64,000 nucleotides of DNA from IMG/VR virus record IMGVR_UViG_3300028800_000073, positions 15,825 through 79,824 of that record. One strand, 5' to 3'. The translations under genes were made by a program, and so were the position numbers. This document shows, piece by piece, positions 1 through 9,862 of the stretch (positions within the stretch are counted from its first letter, which is position 1; each line of letters opens with the position of its first letter). Source of the DNA: a virus. Below the pieces are notes generated by a model. The model did no database searches and was not told where the DNA came from. It worked only from the letters and a program-made list of their open reading frames with translations.

Positions 1-186
1 CGACTTAAGGTCTGGCACCCCTGCTGGTAACCCGTTGTACCCCAAATAGATAGCCCCACTTACTGGATCATAGATCCCAGCACCTACTTTGGTTCTGGGA
101 TCCTTTGATCGCATCTGTGCCCACAACGTAGTGATCAGTAAGCAGCTAACGTCTATTGGGGCTGCTGACGTGTAGACGTCATCCAT
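1..186 (-). CDS. dCMP deaminase (ComEB/T4 cd-like), N-terminal part, truncated by window edge
   Basis: Own translation from ATG at 186: MDDVYTSAAP...RSKDPRTKVGAGIYD...LGYNGLPAG matches the RSKDPxTxVGA / GYNGxPxG motifs; not in ORF track. Confidence 0.8.
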   Translation of the reverse strand, partial: MDDVYTSAAPIDVSCLLITTLWAQMRSKDPRTKVGAGIYDPVSGAIYLGYNGLPAGVPDLKS

Positions 187-716
187 TAGAGTCGCTTCAA
201 CAATTCAACAGTTGCGTCAATTGGATCTTTAGGGAGATCCCAGAGCTTGGCGGCTACACGCCAGTCACTGGTACCTGTCAGGAACTTCCAGACATCGAGT
301 ACTTCCGTGTCGGGCTTACACCAGAACGGTAGCTTCATGTACTTGCCATTCTTGGCTAAGTAACTGGCTACAAGGGCGCGGTCTACCCAGGGGTTGACGC
401 CGGTGAGGACATAATCCTCCGGGTGCTCGGGTTCTACGCTAAGCGCCTCATCTCTGAATAATGTCTTATCAGTATACCCCTGCCGCGTTCCAATCGAACT
501 CGGTGGTGTGAAGTAACTTACCAACACCTCAGTGGGGTACGCAAACAGCGGATCGCTGACTAGCTCCATCTCAATCTTCTGGCGCTTCTCCTGAAGCTTC
601 TCCTCGTATCCCTTAGTCGTCGGCAACATGTTGCCCATGGCCGGCTGTGGGATATAAGGATCGATACCTGGGTACAGCCTAGTGCTATTAACTACAACGA
701 TTACGTAAGTTGTCAT
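186..716 (-). CDS. hypothetical protein
   Basis: 176-aa ORF in the packed minus-strand run; stop overlaps next start. Confidence 0.6.
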   Translation of the reverse strand: MTTYVIVVVNSTRLYPGIDPYIPQPAMGNMLPTTKGYEEKLQEKRQKIEMELVSDPLFAYPTEVLVSYFTPPSSIGTRQGYTDKTLFRDEALSVEPEHPEDYVLTGVNPWVDRALVASYLAKNGKYMKLPFWCKPDTEVLDVWKFLTGTSDWRVAAKLWDLPKDPIDATVELLKRL

Positions 717-731
717 TTTGTCTCCATTAAG

Positions 732-1307
732 TTAAACGGCATCAATAGCGGAATTCACACGATTCTTTTCCCACAAATCATAAGCAATCTTCAGCACCGG
801 TGGGTACTTATTCCAATCCTTGACGATAGCTAGACTACAACGTACGGCGTAGGCATCGTCGTCATTTTCATCTAAAATCTCTTCGGCACGCAGCTTCTTG
901 GCGTAGTCAATGAACCAATCTAGGAAAGGTGGCCATTGTTCGGGATACAGGACGTGTGGGTGTACATCATCGTTGACCCACTCGAAGCCAAAGGCTGATA
1001 AGTGAATAAACTCGCTCTCCGGATACGGCTTATAGACGATACCGAAGTAAGAGTCATCTACTAAGTTACCGAGAATCGATTCAAGGTTCTCCCAGCCCTC
1101 TAGACTCATCTCGACATGCAATCTGTTCATCAAAGACCAGAATATCGCGTTGTCGATCTGATAGAGTTCCCATAGCTTAGCTGCAATTGCGGGTTTTTGA
1201 TCATTGGGGTAACCCGGGCTATCTAATGTATCGATGCAAGAGATACGCTCTTCAACGTTATCACGAATCATAGCCATAACGTTCTCTTTAGTGAACGGTA
1301 TAGTCAT
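732..1307 (-). CDS. hypothetical protein
   Basis: 191-aa ORF in operon frame. Confidence 0.6.
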   Translation of the reverse strand: MTIPFTKENVMAMIRDNVEERISCIDTLDSPGYPNDQKPAIAAKLWELYQIDNAIFWSLMNRLHVEMSLEGWENLESILGNLVDDSYFGIVYKPYPESEFIHLSAFGFEWVNDDVHPHVLYPEQWPPFLDWFIDYAKKLRAEEILDENDDDAYAVRCSLAIVKDWNKYPPVLKIAYDLWEKNRVNSAIDAV

Positions 1308-1474
1308 CCGATATCCACTTCTTCTTGAACCACTGTTATACCGAGATCCTTGATCAGCTTGATCCAGAACTCCCTAGTCGTCTCGTGATCCCCGACATGA
1401 GCGTAGTGCTTCTTATCGATCCTAAATACTGATCTACCGTGAAAATCATCGTTACGTATTGTGAGTGTTTTCAT
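1304..1474 (-). CDS. small hypothetical protein (56 aa)
   Basis: Own translation MKTLTIRNDDFHG...EVDIG; overlaps both neighbours (TAATG/ATGA coupling). Confidence 0.55.
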   Translation of the reverse strand: MKTLTIRNDDFHGRSVFRIDKKHYAHVGDHETTREFWIKLIKDLGITVVQEEVDIG

Positions 1475-1890
1475 TAGTTAAAGTTTATTTTACTGGCTCG
1501 GTATTCCTTGAGCGCAGCGTTGAAGCTTTGTTCGATAAGTGCGAATGCCTTCTTTGGGAATGGATCATCTGAACCACGGACAATAAGATTCAGAACCGTG
1601 TTCTCGGCTCCGTGATCCCCCTTCTCCGTAGCTGTAATGGATACCATCCCGTTCTCATTAACGCTTTGCCGGAGTACTGAAGCAATGAGCTTCAGTACGA
1701 CAGCGAAGTGCATGGGATCTCTATTTAGGCTGACCAGTAATGTACTGATCGTCATTTGGTCATCATTGGCGACGTAGGTATCAATAAGCCCATTCATCGC
1801 CATTTTCAAACCATCTGTTACTGCTTTAAATTCATCGGGGGAGAGTTTATCGTCCTCTCCCCCTTCGTCTGCTTCTTCTGGTGGTAGCAT
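1474..1890 (-). CDS. hypothetical protein
   Basis: 138-aa ORF with AAGGA RBS. Confidence 0.6.
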   Translation of the reverse strand: MLPPEEADEGGEDDKLSPDEFKAVTDGLKMAMNGLIDTYVANDDQMTISTLLVSLNRDPMHFAVVLKLIASVLRQSVNENGMVSITATEKGDHGAENTVLNLIVRGSDDPFPKKAFALIEQSFNAALKEYRASKINFN

Positions 1891-1896
1891 GTTTCC

Positions 1897-3036
1897 TTAT
1901 TCGAGGACTTCCTTGGCGCTCACATAGATGCGCTTCCGTAGTCCATGTTTGGCGTGCCACAGGAACCCCGTGAGCCTACGCTGCGAACCGATATAACCCA
2001 TCTCAGCGGACCACGCATCTGGACTAACCAATGACTCCATATGCTCCATAACGACTCCGTGCATGGACTCCACGACGTTGCGGTGGATATGACCCATGAA
2101 CCAATGTCTGACAGTTGTCTCGCCCCATGCCTTGGGCTGCTCTACCGCCATCAGGCTCGGTAGATCCTTCGGCTTGACTAAGTGCCCATGATGGAAGCCC
2201 AAGAGGACTGTACCATGCTGGACGTACTGCCGTGTTGCTGGGGTGTTAATGACTTCGACACGCTTCTCGTTACGGTAATACGCTTCGAGTAAGCGGGATA
2301 GGTGGAATGAGGATTCCCAGTCATGGTTGCCGGGGATCACAATGAGTTGGATTGAGTTACACCGTGATGCAATGAGGTCTACGCAGGTATGTAGGATCCG
2401 TGTGGCTACTTCCCAAATCTTGAACTGACGGGAATCAACATCTAAGTGATTGCCGCCACGCTCAGTGATCGCCTTCCGGGTATCACTGTGGAACAAGTCA
2501 CCGCCGCACACCAGTACGGCTTTACCGAAATCGCCAGCCTCAGCTACTAGCTTGCTGATGGCACCAATTACAAGTTTCTCACAGATCTTGAGATCGTAGT
2601 CTTCTCCGGTCTCAGACGCGTGTGCCAACATGCCGATATGCTGGTCCCAGAGTCCGACGTGGAACATCACGTCATTCGGTAGGTCCTTTGTAGGCTTCGG
2701 TAGCTTAGGGCACTTGCCCTCTACCTTAGCGCATAGCTCATCGGACACCTTCTGGAGAAGCTGTGCTTCAGGGGCTAGCTTACGCCATTCCGTAATGATC
2801 TTACCTTCACCATCGTATTGTACTGTAGTCCGTGTAGTCCTGAGACCCTCGGGTACCGGCACGTTCACCATCGCTCCGGGGTTGATCCCTAGCAAGCGTT
2901 GAGCCGCTGCTAAGCGGTCTCTAAAGGTGGAACGTGGGATCCCGAGTTCTCGTGCTGCTGCTCTACCACTACGATCTGCGTCTTCCCATGCTTCCATGGT
3001 CTCTTCGGCTAGCTCGCGTGTCATGATTTCAGGCAT
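1897..3036 (-). CDS. calcineurin-like metallophosphoesterase with N-terminal HTH
   Basis: DQHIG, GGDLFH, PGNHD, HHGH, GHIH motifs; N-terminal AAARELGIPRSTFRDRL HTH. Confidence 0.85.
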   Translation of the reverse strand: MPEIMTRELAEETMEAWEDADRSGRAAARELGIPRSTFRDRLAAAQRLLGINPGAMVNVPVPEGLRTTRTTVQYDGEGKIITEWRKLAPEAQLLQKVSDELCAKVEGKCPKLPKPTKDLPNDVMFHVGLWDQHIGMLAHASETGEDYDLKICEKLVIGAISKLVAEAGDFGKAVLVCGGDLFHSDTRKAITERGGNHLDVDSRQFKIWEVATRILHTCVDLIASRCNSIQLIVIPGNHDWESSFHLSRLLEAYYRNEKRVEVINTPATRQYVQHGTVLLGFHHGHLVKPKDLPSLMAVEQPKAWGETTVRHWFMGHIHRNVVESMHGVVMEHMESLVSPDAWSAEMGYIGSQRRLTGFLWHAKHGLRKRIYVSAKEVLE

Positions 3037-3088
3037 AGTAATCCTTCTTTGGAATGATCCCCGAGTTGTATGAACCGGGGCTAAGTAA

Positions 3089-3655
3089 TCAAGAGGCCGC
3101 GACTGCGACCTTTTCTTCTCCGACCTTCCAGGCCCAGTGTACTGCGATGAACTCCCCTAGCATTGCCTCATCGCTGAGGTCGGCTGGTTCCCGGTAGCCC
3201 TCTTCATCTGAAATGCGCTTAACGGCTTCCCTAGTGAAGTCGATGGCTTGCCTACGAGTCACGGTAACAACGGAGTCACCGCCGGTGCAATGGGGCTCAT
3301 TGAATCGGTACAGCTCCTTGTCATCGGGGAGCAGGACTTTGGGGGGAGTCTGGTCTAACTCCGGCTCAATTTGATGCTTTTCCAGCCAGTCATCGAAATC
3401 CTCTTCGGGATCCTCTTTTGTGTCGGCTAAGCGCTGGTGAAGCTCCTGAATAAACAATACGGCTCTCTGGAGGTTAGTGAATGGATTAGCGTTCGACACG
3501 TTGTGCAACGACATGCCATTACTCATCCAAACTATGTAACCACAAGCATCTACATGAATATAATGACCCAAACATAATGTCTCTATGACGGCGTTGCTTT
3601 TGAATATTTGATCAATCGGTGGTAGTTCTGGAGTAAAAGTAATGCCTTCGAACAT
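3089..3655 (-). CDS. hypothetical protein
   Basis: 188-aa ORF, GAGGAG RBS. Confidence 0.6.
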   Translation of the reverse strand: MFEGITFTPELPPIDQIFKSNAVIETLCLGHYIHVDACGYIVWMSNGMSLHNVSNANPFTNLQRAVLFIQELHQRLADTKEDPEEDFDDWLEKHQIEPELDQTPPKVLLPDDKELYRFNEPHCTGGDSVVTVTRRQAIDFTREAVKRISDEEGYREPADLSDEAMLGEFIAVHWAWKVGEEKVAVAAS

Positions 3656-3760
3656 AGTCTCTCCTCGGGGCGCTTGGGACCAGCAATTATAGGTGTACTG
3701 CGGTTACATAGCAAATCTACGCTGCACCAGTTGTAAGTCATTATCGACGCGTTAATTAGA

Positions 3761-4186
3761 CTATACCGTAGTGACTAGATCGATGAAATTATACTGAGGA
3801 GATAACGGGTCGGCAAGATCACGCTGAATCAGGAGATGCTCAGTGGGGGTCATGAACATGGAATTGCCACCGAAGGTTACCTCTAGGTTCTTCCGTGTTT
3901 TGCTGTAGATCCACTTGACCTTTGTCAGTGAAGCCAGGATGCGCAGCATAGTCGCGCTGTTATAACCTGCGCAAGTCGCCTTTACATTATGATCCGGTAA
4001 CGCCCAAGCGATGGGATGGCTCTTATACTCTGCCCTAAATTGTGTCGTCTGGTCACTGACGTATTCACCATCCAGCCAGATCCATAGATTTGAGCGGCCT
4101 ACGCGTTTAACGGATCGCATCCCCATCCAGGCTCTAACGGAAATTAAATCATAGAAATCAAATGGCAAATCGTTGGTGAGCTGCAT
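3761..4186 (-). CDS. hypothetical protein
   Basis: 141-aa ORF. Confidence 0.5.
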   Translation of the reverse strand: MQLTNDLPFDFYDLISVRAWMGMRSVKRVGRSNLWIWLDGEYVSDQTTQFRAEYKSHPIAWALPDHNVKATCAGYNSATMLRILASLTKVKWIYSKTRKNLEVTFGGNSMFMTPTEHLLIQRDLADPLSPQYNFIDLVTTV

Positions 4187-4907
4187 TTAGTTTCCAGTTC
4201 TCTGCGTTGTGGAAGTCATCTAGTTTTCCTATTTTATTGTGGAATTCCTCGTTACCCCGCCACCCCTCTGGGAACGCCTTCTGGCGATCTTCAGAGTCGA
4301 AAGCAGTCACTGAGGCTGCTCTCTTGGCGTTGTAGAGGTCAGCTAATACCCTGAGCCTACTAATGGAATTACTGCAACTCTCAATAGCCCCTTCAAGCGT
4401 TGGTACCCCACAGACCAGCGTATGCGTCCTGGGGACGCCATAGCGGGTACTAACGAAGTTGGTATCATGGTTAGCACCGACATACAGCACTTGGTTAGTA
4501 CTATGACCGAGAAAGTGTGTAGTCCTCCGCTCACAGGACACGGCACCACTATCATCATTGGGGCTGAGCCGCAGTGCTACGATGACATTGCGCTCATCGT
4601 AGTTAATCTCTTGGTACACACTTTGAAATGCGTCACAGAGCCTAGTGGTATGGGAATCACTGATGAACAATGAAGGTACCACACGGCGCTGTACGTCTAA
4701 CCAACCACTACGGTACCCGGCACCATAGAGTCGGTACTTGAAGGTACCTGAGGGGTTCTCTAACTGCTTACTAATGAGGGACTGTATACTCTTGGCTACT
4801 AAGGGCTCTAGCCCCCGTATCGCCTTTGAAGTATCAACAATAAAAGTAACTGAACAGTCCCCGAATTTCAACGGTTGTCCGGGTATACTACTTCGATGAA
4901 CATCCAC
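4158..4907 (-). CDS. degenerate von Willebrand factor A (vWA)-like protein
   Basis: VTFIVDTSKA (DxSxS-like), TRLCDA and VLYVGANHD resemble phage vWA proteins; MIDAS incomplete. Confidence 0.45.
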   Translation of the reverse strand: MDVHRSSIPGQPLKFGDCSVTFIVDTSKAIRGLEPLVAKSIQSLISKQLENPSGTFKYRLYGAGYRSGWLDVQRRVVPSLFISDSHTTRLCDAFQSVYQEINYDERNVIVALRLSPNDDSGAVSCERRTTHFLGHSTNQVLYVGANHDTNFVSTRYGVPRTHTLVCGVPTLEGAIESCSNSISRLRVLADLYNAKRAASVTAFDSEDRQKAFPEGWRGNEEFHNKIGKLDDFHNAENWKLNAAHQRFAI

Positions 4908-5377
4908 TTAGCACCCCATTCTTGAGCTGAGTGAAAAGTTCTGAACTTAACGTCAATCTGTGTAATTCCCTGCCGGTAGCTTCGTCGTATGACACTTCCA
5001 CCGGGTGAGTCAACTTCCCAATATTTTTCCCCTTTGCTAGACATATAGCCTGGTACGTATATCTGCGTACCTCGGGGAAATTGCTGGTAAAACGCTGCAA
5101 TGTTGTAGGTTGCTCCACGGTATCCATGTTGTTTATAGTATTCTCTGTCTTGGGGGTCCTCTGGAGAACAAGCCGTTACCTTAGCCCATATACGGTGTAC
5201 ATTAACTACCGGCTCGGCTGGGGGTGGTGGCTCTTCAACCTTAATCGGCTGTTCAACGGGGTCCGGGTATGGGACGGTGTAGGATGTTGGTCTGCCGGTT
5301 TCCCTCTCTACCATTGGGGCAAAGAGTGAGGAGGCCGACATGACCATGAGTGTTATGGCTTTAAGTAGTACTGTCAT
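4868..5377 (-). CDS. secreted 3D-domain (MltA-like) cell-wall protein
   Basis: Hydrophobic N-terminus, Pro-rich linker, VTACS...IAA..FPRGTQIYVPGY...VDSPGG...IDVKF...AQEWG. Confidence 0.7.
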   Translation of the reverse strand: MTVLLKAITLMVMSASSLFAPMVERETGRPTSYTVPYPDPVEQPIKVEEPPPPAEPVVNVHRIWAKVTACSPEDPQDREYYKQHGYRGATYNIAAFYQQFPRGTQIYVPGYMSSKGEKYWEVDSPGGSVIRRSYRQGITQIDVKFRTFHSAQEWGAKWMFIEVVYPDNR

Positions 5378-6491
5378 TGATGGTTTCCACGAGGATGCGG
5401 GCTGCTTCTACTATGTGAATATCTTTGCCTTTAAACTCATCTAGCTTCAATCGTAGCGGAGGATGAGAGTTACAGGCTCCTGTGATCAGGCTTCCCAGGT
5501 AATCGCCGTCTGGATTGTCTTTAGCTAGCTCTTTCTTCATCTGGAGCTTAATGGTAGCCAGCATAGGCAGGCTCTTCTCATCGGCCTTGGGGATGACTAA
5601 GGTGGTCTCGTCGATCTTACCCCTTACAGTGGCTGAATCTATAACCATTGCGAGATACTCAAGACAAGCGTGTGCTACTTCACCGATATTGGAGTTTTCC
5701 AGGTTCTTGCCCAATTCCGGGCGATCCTGGTAGACCATATCCATCTTGTCATCGAGTTCCTTGAACCGGATACGACAGAGCTTGATGGTCTCTCTCAGGC
5801 GATAATCGGCTTCCTTCTTCTCTTCATCGGTACCGCTGCGGGCCTTCATGTACCCGTCAAGTTCTTCAGCGATATCGGTATGACAGACCTTAATGACTTC
5901 CAGTAGAAGCGGGTTCATCGCCCCTTCTGTAGCTGGCGCCTTAGACGGGGCAGCTGCCTCGACTCTGAATGCGGGTGGGATCGGAACAATGAATGCCAGT
6001 GCCCAATCTCTGGCCCACAGTAGCTTGCTGACTTCGATTGGGAGGTATCTCTGGCCGTCATCGAATCCGATGGGCTGATAGACATCCTTACCGACCTTCG
6101 CGAATACTGCTCCGGCGTCTTTGGGGTCACTGAAGAACCCGGTCTGCTCCCATGGCCGATCACCGTTCTGCCGAGACAGTGTAGCCCCGGTCTTGAAGGT
6201 GGCGGCGAAGAGCTTCTCTAGGGCTCTACGTACTTTCCCAGGTAGATCCTCTACGGGGTCCTTGTTGAACTCGTTTACAACTAGCTCAACCATACCGTCA
6301 GTTACGAAGGACTCTGGCTTCATGGAGTTAGCGTGAATATTGGTTAGCCAGCTAAATAGGCGATCATGCGACGCCTTGGCTTCGTCACTCATAGCCGGAT
6401 TAGCGTCAGCCATCTCGAAAGCCTTGTCGGAGTGGCTCTTGATCTGCTTATCGTAATCGGCGTGCTTGGCGTGTGGCGCGGTCTTGGTCAT
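5361..6491 (-). CDS. hypothetical protein
   Basis: 376-aa ORF, no recognised motif. Confidence 0.65.
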   Translation of the reverse strand: MTKTAPHAKHADYDKQIKSHSDKAFEMADANPAMSDEAKASHDRLFSWLTNIHANSMKPESFVTDGMVELVVNEFNKDPVEDLPGKVRRALEKLFAATFKTGATLSRQNGDRPWEQTGFFSDPKDAGAVFAKVGKDVYQPIGFDDGQRYLPIEVSKLLWARDWALAFIVPIPPAFRVEAAAPSKAPATEGAMNPLLLEVIKVCHTDIAEELDGYMKARSGTDEEKKEADYRLRETIKLCRIRFKELDDKMDMVYQDRPELGKNLENSNIGEVAHACLEYLAMVIDSATVRGKIDETTLVIPKADEKSLPMLATIKLQMKKELAKDNPDGDYLGSLITGACNSHPPLRLKLDEFKGKDIHIVEAARILVETINDSTT

Positions 6492-6493
6492 TT

Positions 6494-6868
6494 TTATCCT
6501 ATATAGGTCTTGTTATCGTTTCCGTACCGTTTACCGGATGGCTTAACGGCGTCACATTGTTGTACCATCAACTCGAACTCTACGGCGTCTGATTGGGCGA
6601 TTCTGACATTGGCACTTCTGAACTGTAGCAACCTTGGGCTTGCTGCATCAGAAAATGTCAATCTCGAAATAACTCCGTCAGTGTGATCGATGCAGTACCA
6701 CCTGAAAAGGTGCTTACCGAATATGGTGTAGAGATAGAGTCTAAATGCTGATGGTGGCTCTTCTTCTGTCGTGAAGATGCCACCGATTTCATGCAGTAAA
6801 TTATCTGTTAATGCACCTTTAGCAATCGCTACTTCGTCCAGCGATTTCGACGTTATCGATACAAGCAT
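6494..6868 (-). CDS. hypothetical protein
   Basis: 124-aa ORF in operon. Confidence 0.55.
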   Translation of the reverse strand: MLVSITSKSLDEVAIAKGALTDNLLHEIGGIFTTEEEPPSAFRLYLYTIFGKHLFRWYCIDHTDGVISRLTFSDAASPRLLQFRSANVRIAQSDAVEFELMVQQCDAVKPSGKRYGNDNKTYIG

Positions 6869-6874
6869 CGGTTC

Positions 6875-7402
6875 TCATGGGAGGGTTTCAACGAGATAAC
6901 CGTAATACGCAATAATCAATGCTTCAGCCATGCCATCTGAAGGGACACGGCACCCCTTGGGGATCAGATTCACCGTGGGGAACTTCTTCTGTGCCCACTC
7001 GATAGCGGCCTTCTTCTGAATCACTTTACGCTTTGCCTTATCCTCAACGTCTTTACCCATATAGACATTGTCAGCAATAAGCGTTTTCTTCTTCCATGCC
7101 TGCGGGCTGACGTAGACGCTACGGATACTTGAAGAACCAACGACACCTTCAAGCTTCCCTAGGTTGCGTCCAAATTGAAAGCTAGAGGCTACACCTTGGC
7201 CAGGCATGCTATGCACGGATTCAATGTAAATTACATCGCTCTCCATCGCAGCCCAGGAACGATGGTCACCGAGCCAATCATGTAGCGCCTTGATGTCAAT
7301 TTGGTTATTACCATCCAGGGGCGTTGGTATGGCTTCGACGCGTTCTCCGTCGATCATAGCTATACCACCACTAGCCCCTGGATCAGCGCCGAATATCTTC
7401 AT
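6875..7402 (-). CDS. RuvC-like Holliday junction resolvase
   Basis: IFGADPGASGGIA, IYIESV, GVASSFQFG, PQAWKK, DGMAEALII. Confidence 0.85.
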   Translation of the reverse strand: MKIFGADPGASGGIAMIDGERVEAIPTPLDGNNQIDIKALHDWLGDHRSWAAMESDVIYIESVHSMPGQGVASSFQFGRNLGKLEGVVGSSSIRSVYVSPQAWKKKTLIADNVYMGKDVEDKAKRKVIQKKAAIEWAQKKFPTVNLIPKGCRVPSDGMAEALIIAYYGYLVETLP

Positions 7403-7599
7403 CTAAAGTCCTGGGGTACATCCAATATCTCACTCCACACCCTGGAGGACTCCTCGCCTTGTCTACCGCAGAGGTACTCGTCACCGAGCCATAGGGTGCC
7501 GTCATTGCAAAGAGCTACAATAAACGAATGACACTGGGTACTAGGATTGTTATTTACCCCAGTGACAGCAATCTGGATTATCTTACGGACTTCGCCCAT
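7399..7599 (-). CDS. small hypothetical phage protein
   Basis: 66 aa, RKIIQIA...ALCNDGTLW; coupled to neighbours. Confidence 0.55.
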   Translation of the reverse strand: MGEVRKIIQIAVTGVNNNPSTQCHSFIVALCNDGTLWLGDEYLCGRQGEESSRVWSEILDVPQDFR

Positions 7600-8066
7600 T
7601 ACTTCTTCGCTGGCACGAGTACTGAGACGGCTTGCTTCCAGACGTCTCTAACGGAGTACACCGTTGATACGAACTGGAACTCGGCTGGCTCCGGGATCTT
7701 CTTCATGGTCCCGAGATCGTAGACCGCAATCCCTTGCTCTGAGTTGCTTGGCATCAACAGGTCGGAGCCGTTGACGAATGCCACGGCGTCCTGTTGGAGA
7801 TCGGCTTCACTACGGGTCTTTAAGACATTGATGATCTTAAGGATGTAGGTCCACTTGACTCCGCCGACTAGCATCAGCAGAGCGATCATGGAGATAACGT
7901 AGACCCTGAGCATGGGACCGTCGTACTCTTCACCGGCCACCATATCGAGACACGTCCTAAATTCAGCCTCGTGCTCAGCCATGTTCATAGACGTCAGGTA
8001 CTTGATAACCAAGTCCGGAGCTATGGGCTCGCCTTGAGGCTGTATGATGTCATCGAAGTTCACCAT
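7599..8066 (-). CDS. hypothetical protein
   Basis: 155-aa ORF. Confidence 0.6.
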   Translation of the reverse strand: MVNFDDIIQPQGEPIAPDLVIKYLTSMNMAEHEAEFRTCLDMVAGEEYDGPMLRVYVISMIALLMLVGGVKWTYILKIINVLKTRSEADLQQDAVAFVNGSDLLMPSNSEQGIAVYDLGTMKKIPEPAEFQFVSTVYSVRDVWKQAVSVLVPAKK

Positions 8067-8069
8067 GAC

Positions 8070-8357
8070 TTAGATTCTCGGGCAAAGCCGGAAATCCTGC
8101 TCGTAAGCAATGATCGGGCTCGTACGATCCTCTGCCGTAGCTAGTACGGGGCGCGGGCCACCACGGACTTCCATACCATGGCTTGGGGCGTTCTTCTTGA
8201 CCCAGGTATCATTGAGGTCGTGCTTGACCGCTAGTGATCTGATGTAGTTGATAACGTCGGAGGGATTAGCCTTCTCTGGGATAGGCATCTTGACGGTAAT
8301 AACGAAGGCGCCGGACGGCTTTTCTGGGGCGATGACTTCGTAGTTAAAAGTAAGCAT
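8070..8357 (-). CDS. hypothetical protein (start revised to ATG 8357)
   Basis: AAAGGA RBS before MLTFNYEV; upstream sigma70-like promoter overlaps the longer TTG start. Confidence 0.55.
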   Translation of the reverse strand: MLTFNYEVIAPEKPSGAFVITVKMPIPEKANPSDVINYIRSLAVKHDLNDTWVKKNAPSHGMEVRGGPRPVLATAEDRTSPIIAYEQDFRLCPRI

Positions 8358-8384
8358 GTGGAATCCTTTAATGGGTTCGCGGTG

Positions 8385-8412
8385 ACTGTACAACTGGAAT
8401 AGGTCTTGTCAA
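8385..8412 (-). promoter_or_regulatory. sigma70-like promoter
   Basis: Minus strand TTGACA (8412-8407) - 16 nt - TACAGT (8390-8385). Confidence 0.5.
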
Positions 8413-8417
8413 TAGAG

Positions 8418-9113
8418 TCATTTTGCCTCTGGTTCTACTTCGTCGAGGAATTCTAGCCCCTCGGGAAGTCTCCATTTCTGGGTGTCCAAACATGCAAGTC
8501 CTGACACAGGCTGCACTTCGACACCTTTATCAGAGGCGACAGACAGTTGTCGTGTCGTGAACTCTGATCTAATGACCTTACTGATCTCACATAGGCTAGC
8601 GATCTGTGCTTCGTGGCGTTCGGTTTGTGTTACGATGAACTTCTCGATATGTGTGGTAACTGATTCGCTGAACAGCCATTCGAACTCCGCAAAGGTCTTC
8701 CAGCCTCTGGGGGTCAGTACGAAGCGCATGTTCCTGTTGCTGATAGCGATTCGCTCTATCTTCGGGGCAGCAACCTCGGCTTCATAGATCATTGAGAATC
8801 TATCTATTGCCCACTTTCCCGTCTCACTAGTCAGCGATACCCATTGAAGCGCGTTCTTGCGATACAGGTTCCAGAACACGCCGCCAAGGGATCTACAGGT
8901 CTTCATCAAGTGTTCCCTCGCCTTAGCGGTGAAGTCACTGGACAAGGTACCGATAAACCTGATATCCTCTGGCGGATAGATAAACAACTTAGTGATTAAG
9001 GCTGGACTAATAGTGCCTACAAAATCATATGGGGCTGCGCCATTGAGATATACTTCATCGTCCCGTAATTCAATCGTGCCGTTAGTCATCGTCTCGACGT
9101 TCTTCGTCTTCAT
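8418..9113 (-). CDS. hypothetical protein
   Basis: 231-aa ORF. Confidence 0.6.
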   Translation of the reverse strand: MKTKNVETMTNGTIELRDDEVYLNGAAPYDFVGTISPALITKLFIYPPEDIRFIGTLSSDFTAKAREHLMKTCRSLGGVFWNLYRKNALQWVSLTSETGKWAIDRFSMIYEAEVAAPKIERIAISNRNMRFVLTPRGWKTFAEFEWLFSESVTTHIEKFIVTQTERHEAQIASLCEISKVIRSEFTTRQLSVASDKGVEVQPVSGLACLDTQKWRLPEGLEFLDEVEPEAK

Positions 9114-9564
9114 CGTGGTACTTTCTCTTTGTGCTTCTCTTAGAGCACATTAGGTCATCGCGATCCCGCTTCTTCGGAGTTTGACCGTACTCCAACTGGA
9201 ACCTCGCCAGCGTAAGGGAATCTACTTTGCAATTTGACATTTTGGCAAGTATTTTCTTGAGTACTTCATCCATGCTATAGCTCATATAGGCTATGGACTT
9301 CGCGTACATTTCCGGGGTTGTACCGGTTGGTAGTTCTTGGATGCAGTTGTTGAGTTGGAACAGCGACGTTCGGATCGCTGGGTTCTGCGACCGAGCTAAC
9401 GTCTTAAGGTGTCGTATAGCTGTTCTGATGGCTTGGATGATTCTGCTGTGCTCCGTAGGCAGCTCGCTGTTTAACCGAGCAACGTACTGGACTTTGATGT
9501 CACCGTCACGGTACTTGATGTCTTGTTTGATAACCGTCTTTTTACGGGCCATACTAGACTCCAT
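9082..9564 (-). CDS. hypothetical protein
   Basis: 160-aa basic ORF. Confidence 0.55.
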   Translation of the reverse strand: MESSMARKKTVIKQDIKYRDGDIKVQYVARLNSELPTEHSRIIQAIRTAIRHLKTLARSQNPAIRTSLFQLNNCIQELPTGTTPEMYAKSIAYMSYSMDEVLKKILAKMSNCKVDSLTLARFQLEYGQTPKKRDRDDLMCSKRSTKRKYHDEDEERRDDD

Positions 9565-9862
9565 CTAATGTAAGGGGTAGCCTATCATCGATACGGGCAA
9601 TATCGAGATCAGCACTGACAACGGACTCTACGGTAAAGTTGATCTTACGCCCTTTGATGATAGCCAATATGTGCTCGGATCGCATGAGGTTAGCCAGTGA
9701 AGCTAAACCGTCATCATTGATGTCATAATCGAAGACATGTGGTTTAGACCCGTCAGTGAGAGCAAACGCGAATACGCGCTCCGGTGACTCCTTGGCGATG
9801 GATAAACCGCCATAGGTCATCGTAACTGGGACCTCCCCTAATTTGGTACGGGTCAAGTGCAT
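9554..9862 (-). CDS. hypothetical protein
   Basis: 102-aa ORF. Confidence 0.55.
   Translation of the reverse strand: MHLTRTKLGEVPVTMTYGGLSIAKESPERVFAFALTDGSKPHVFDYDINDDGLASLANLMRSEHILAIIKGRKINFTVESVVSADLDIARIDDRLPLTLDGV

Noticed and set aside
3059-3080. Hairpin CCCCG...CGGGG as a terminator
   Set aside because: Bulged stem with no U-tract on either strand.
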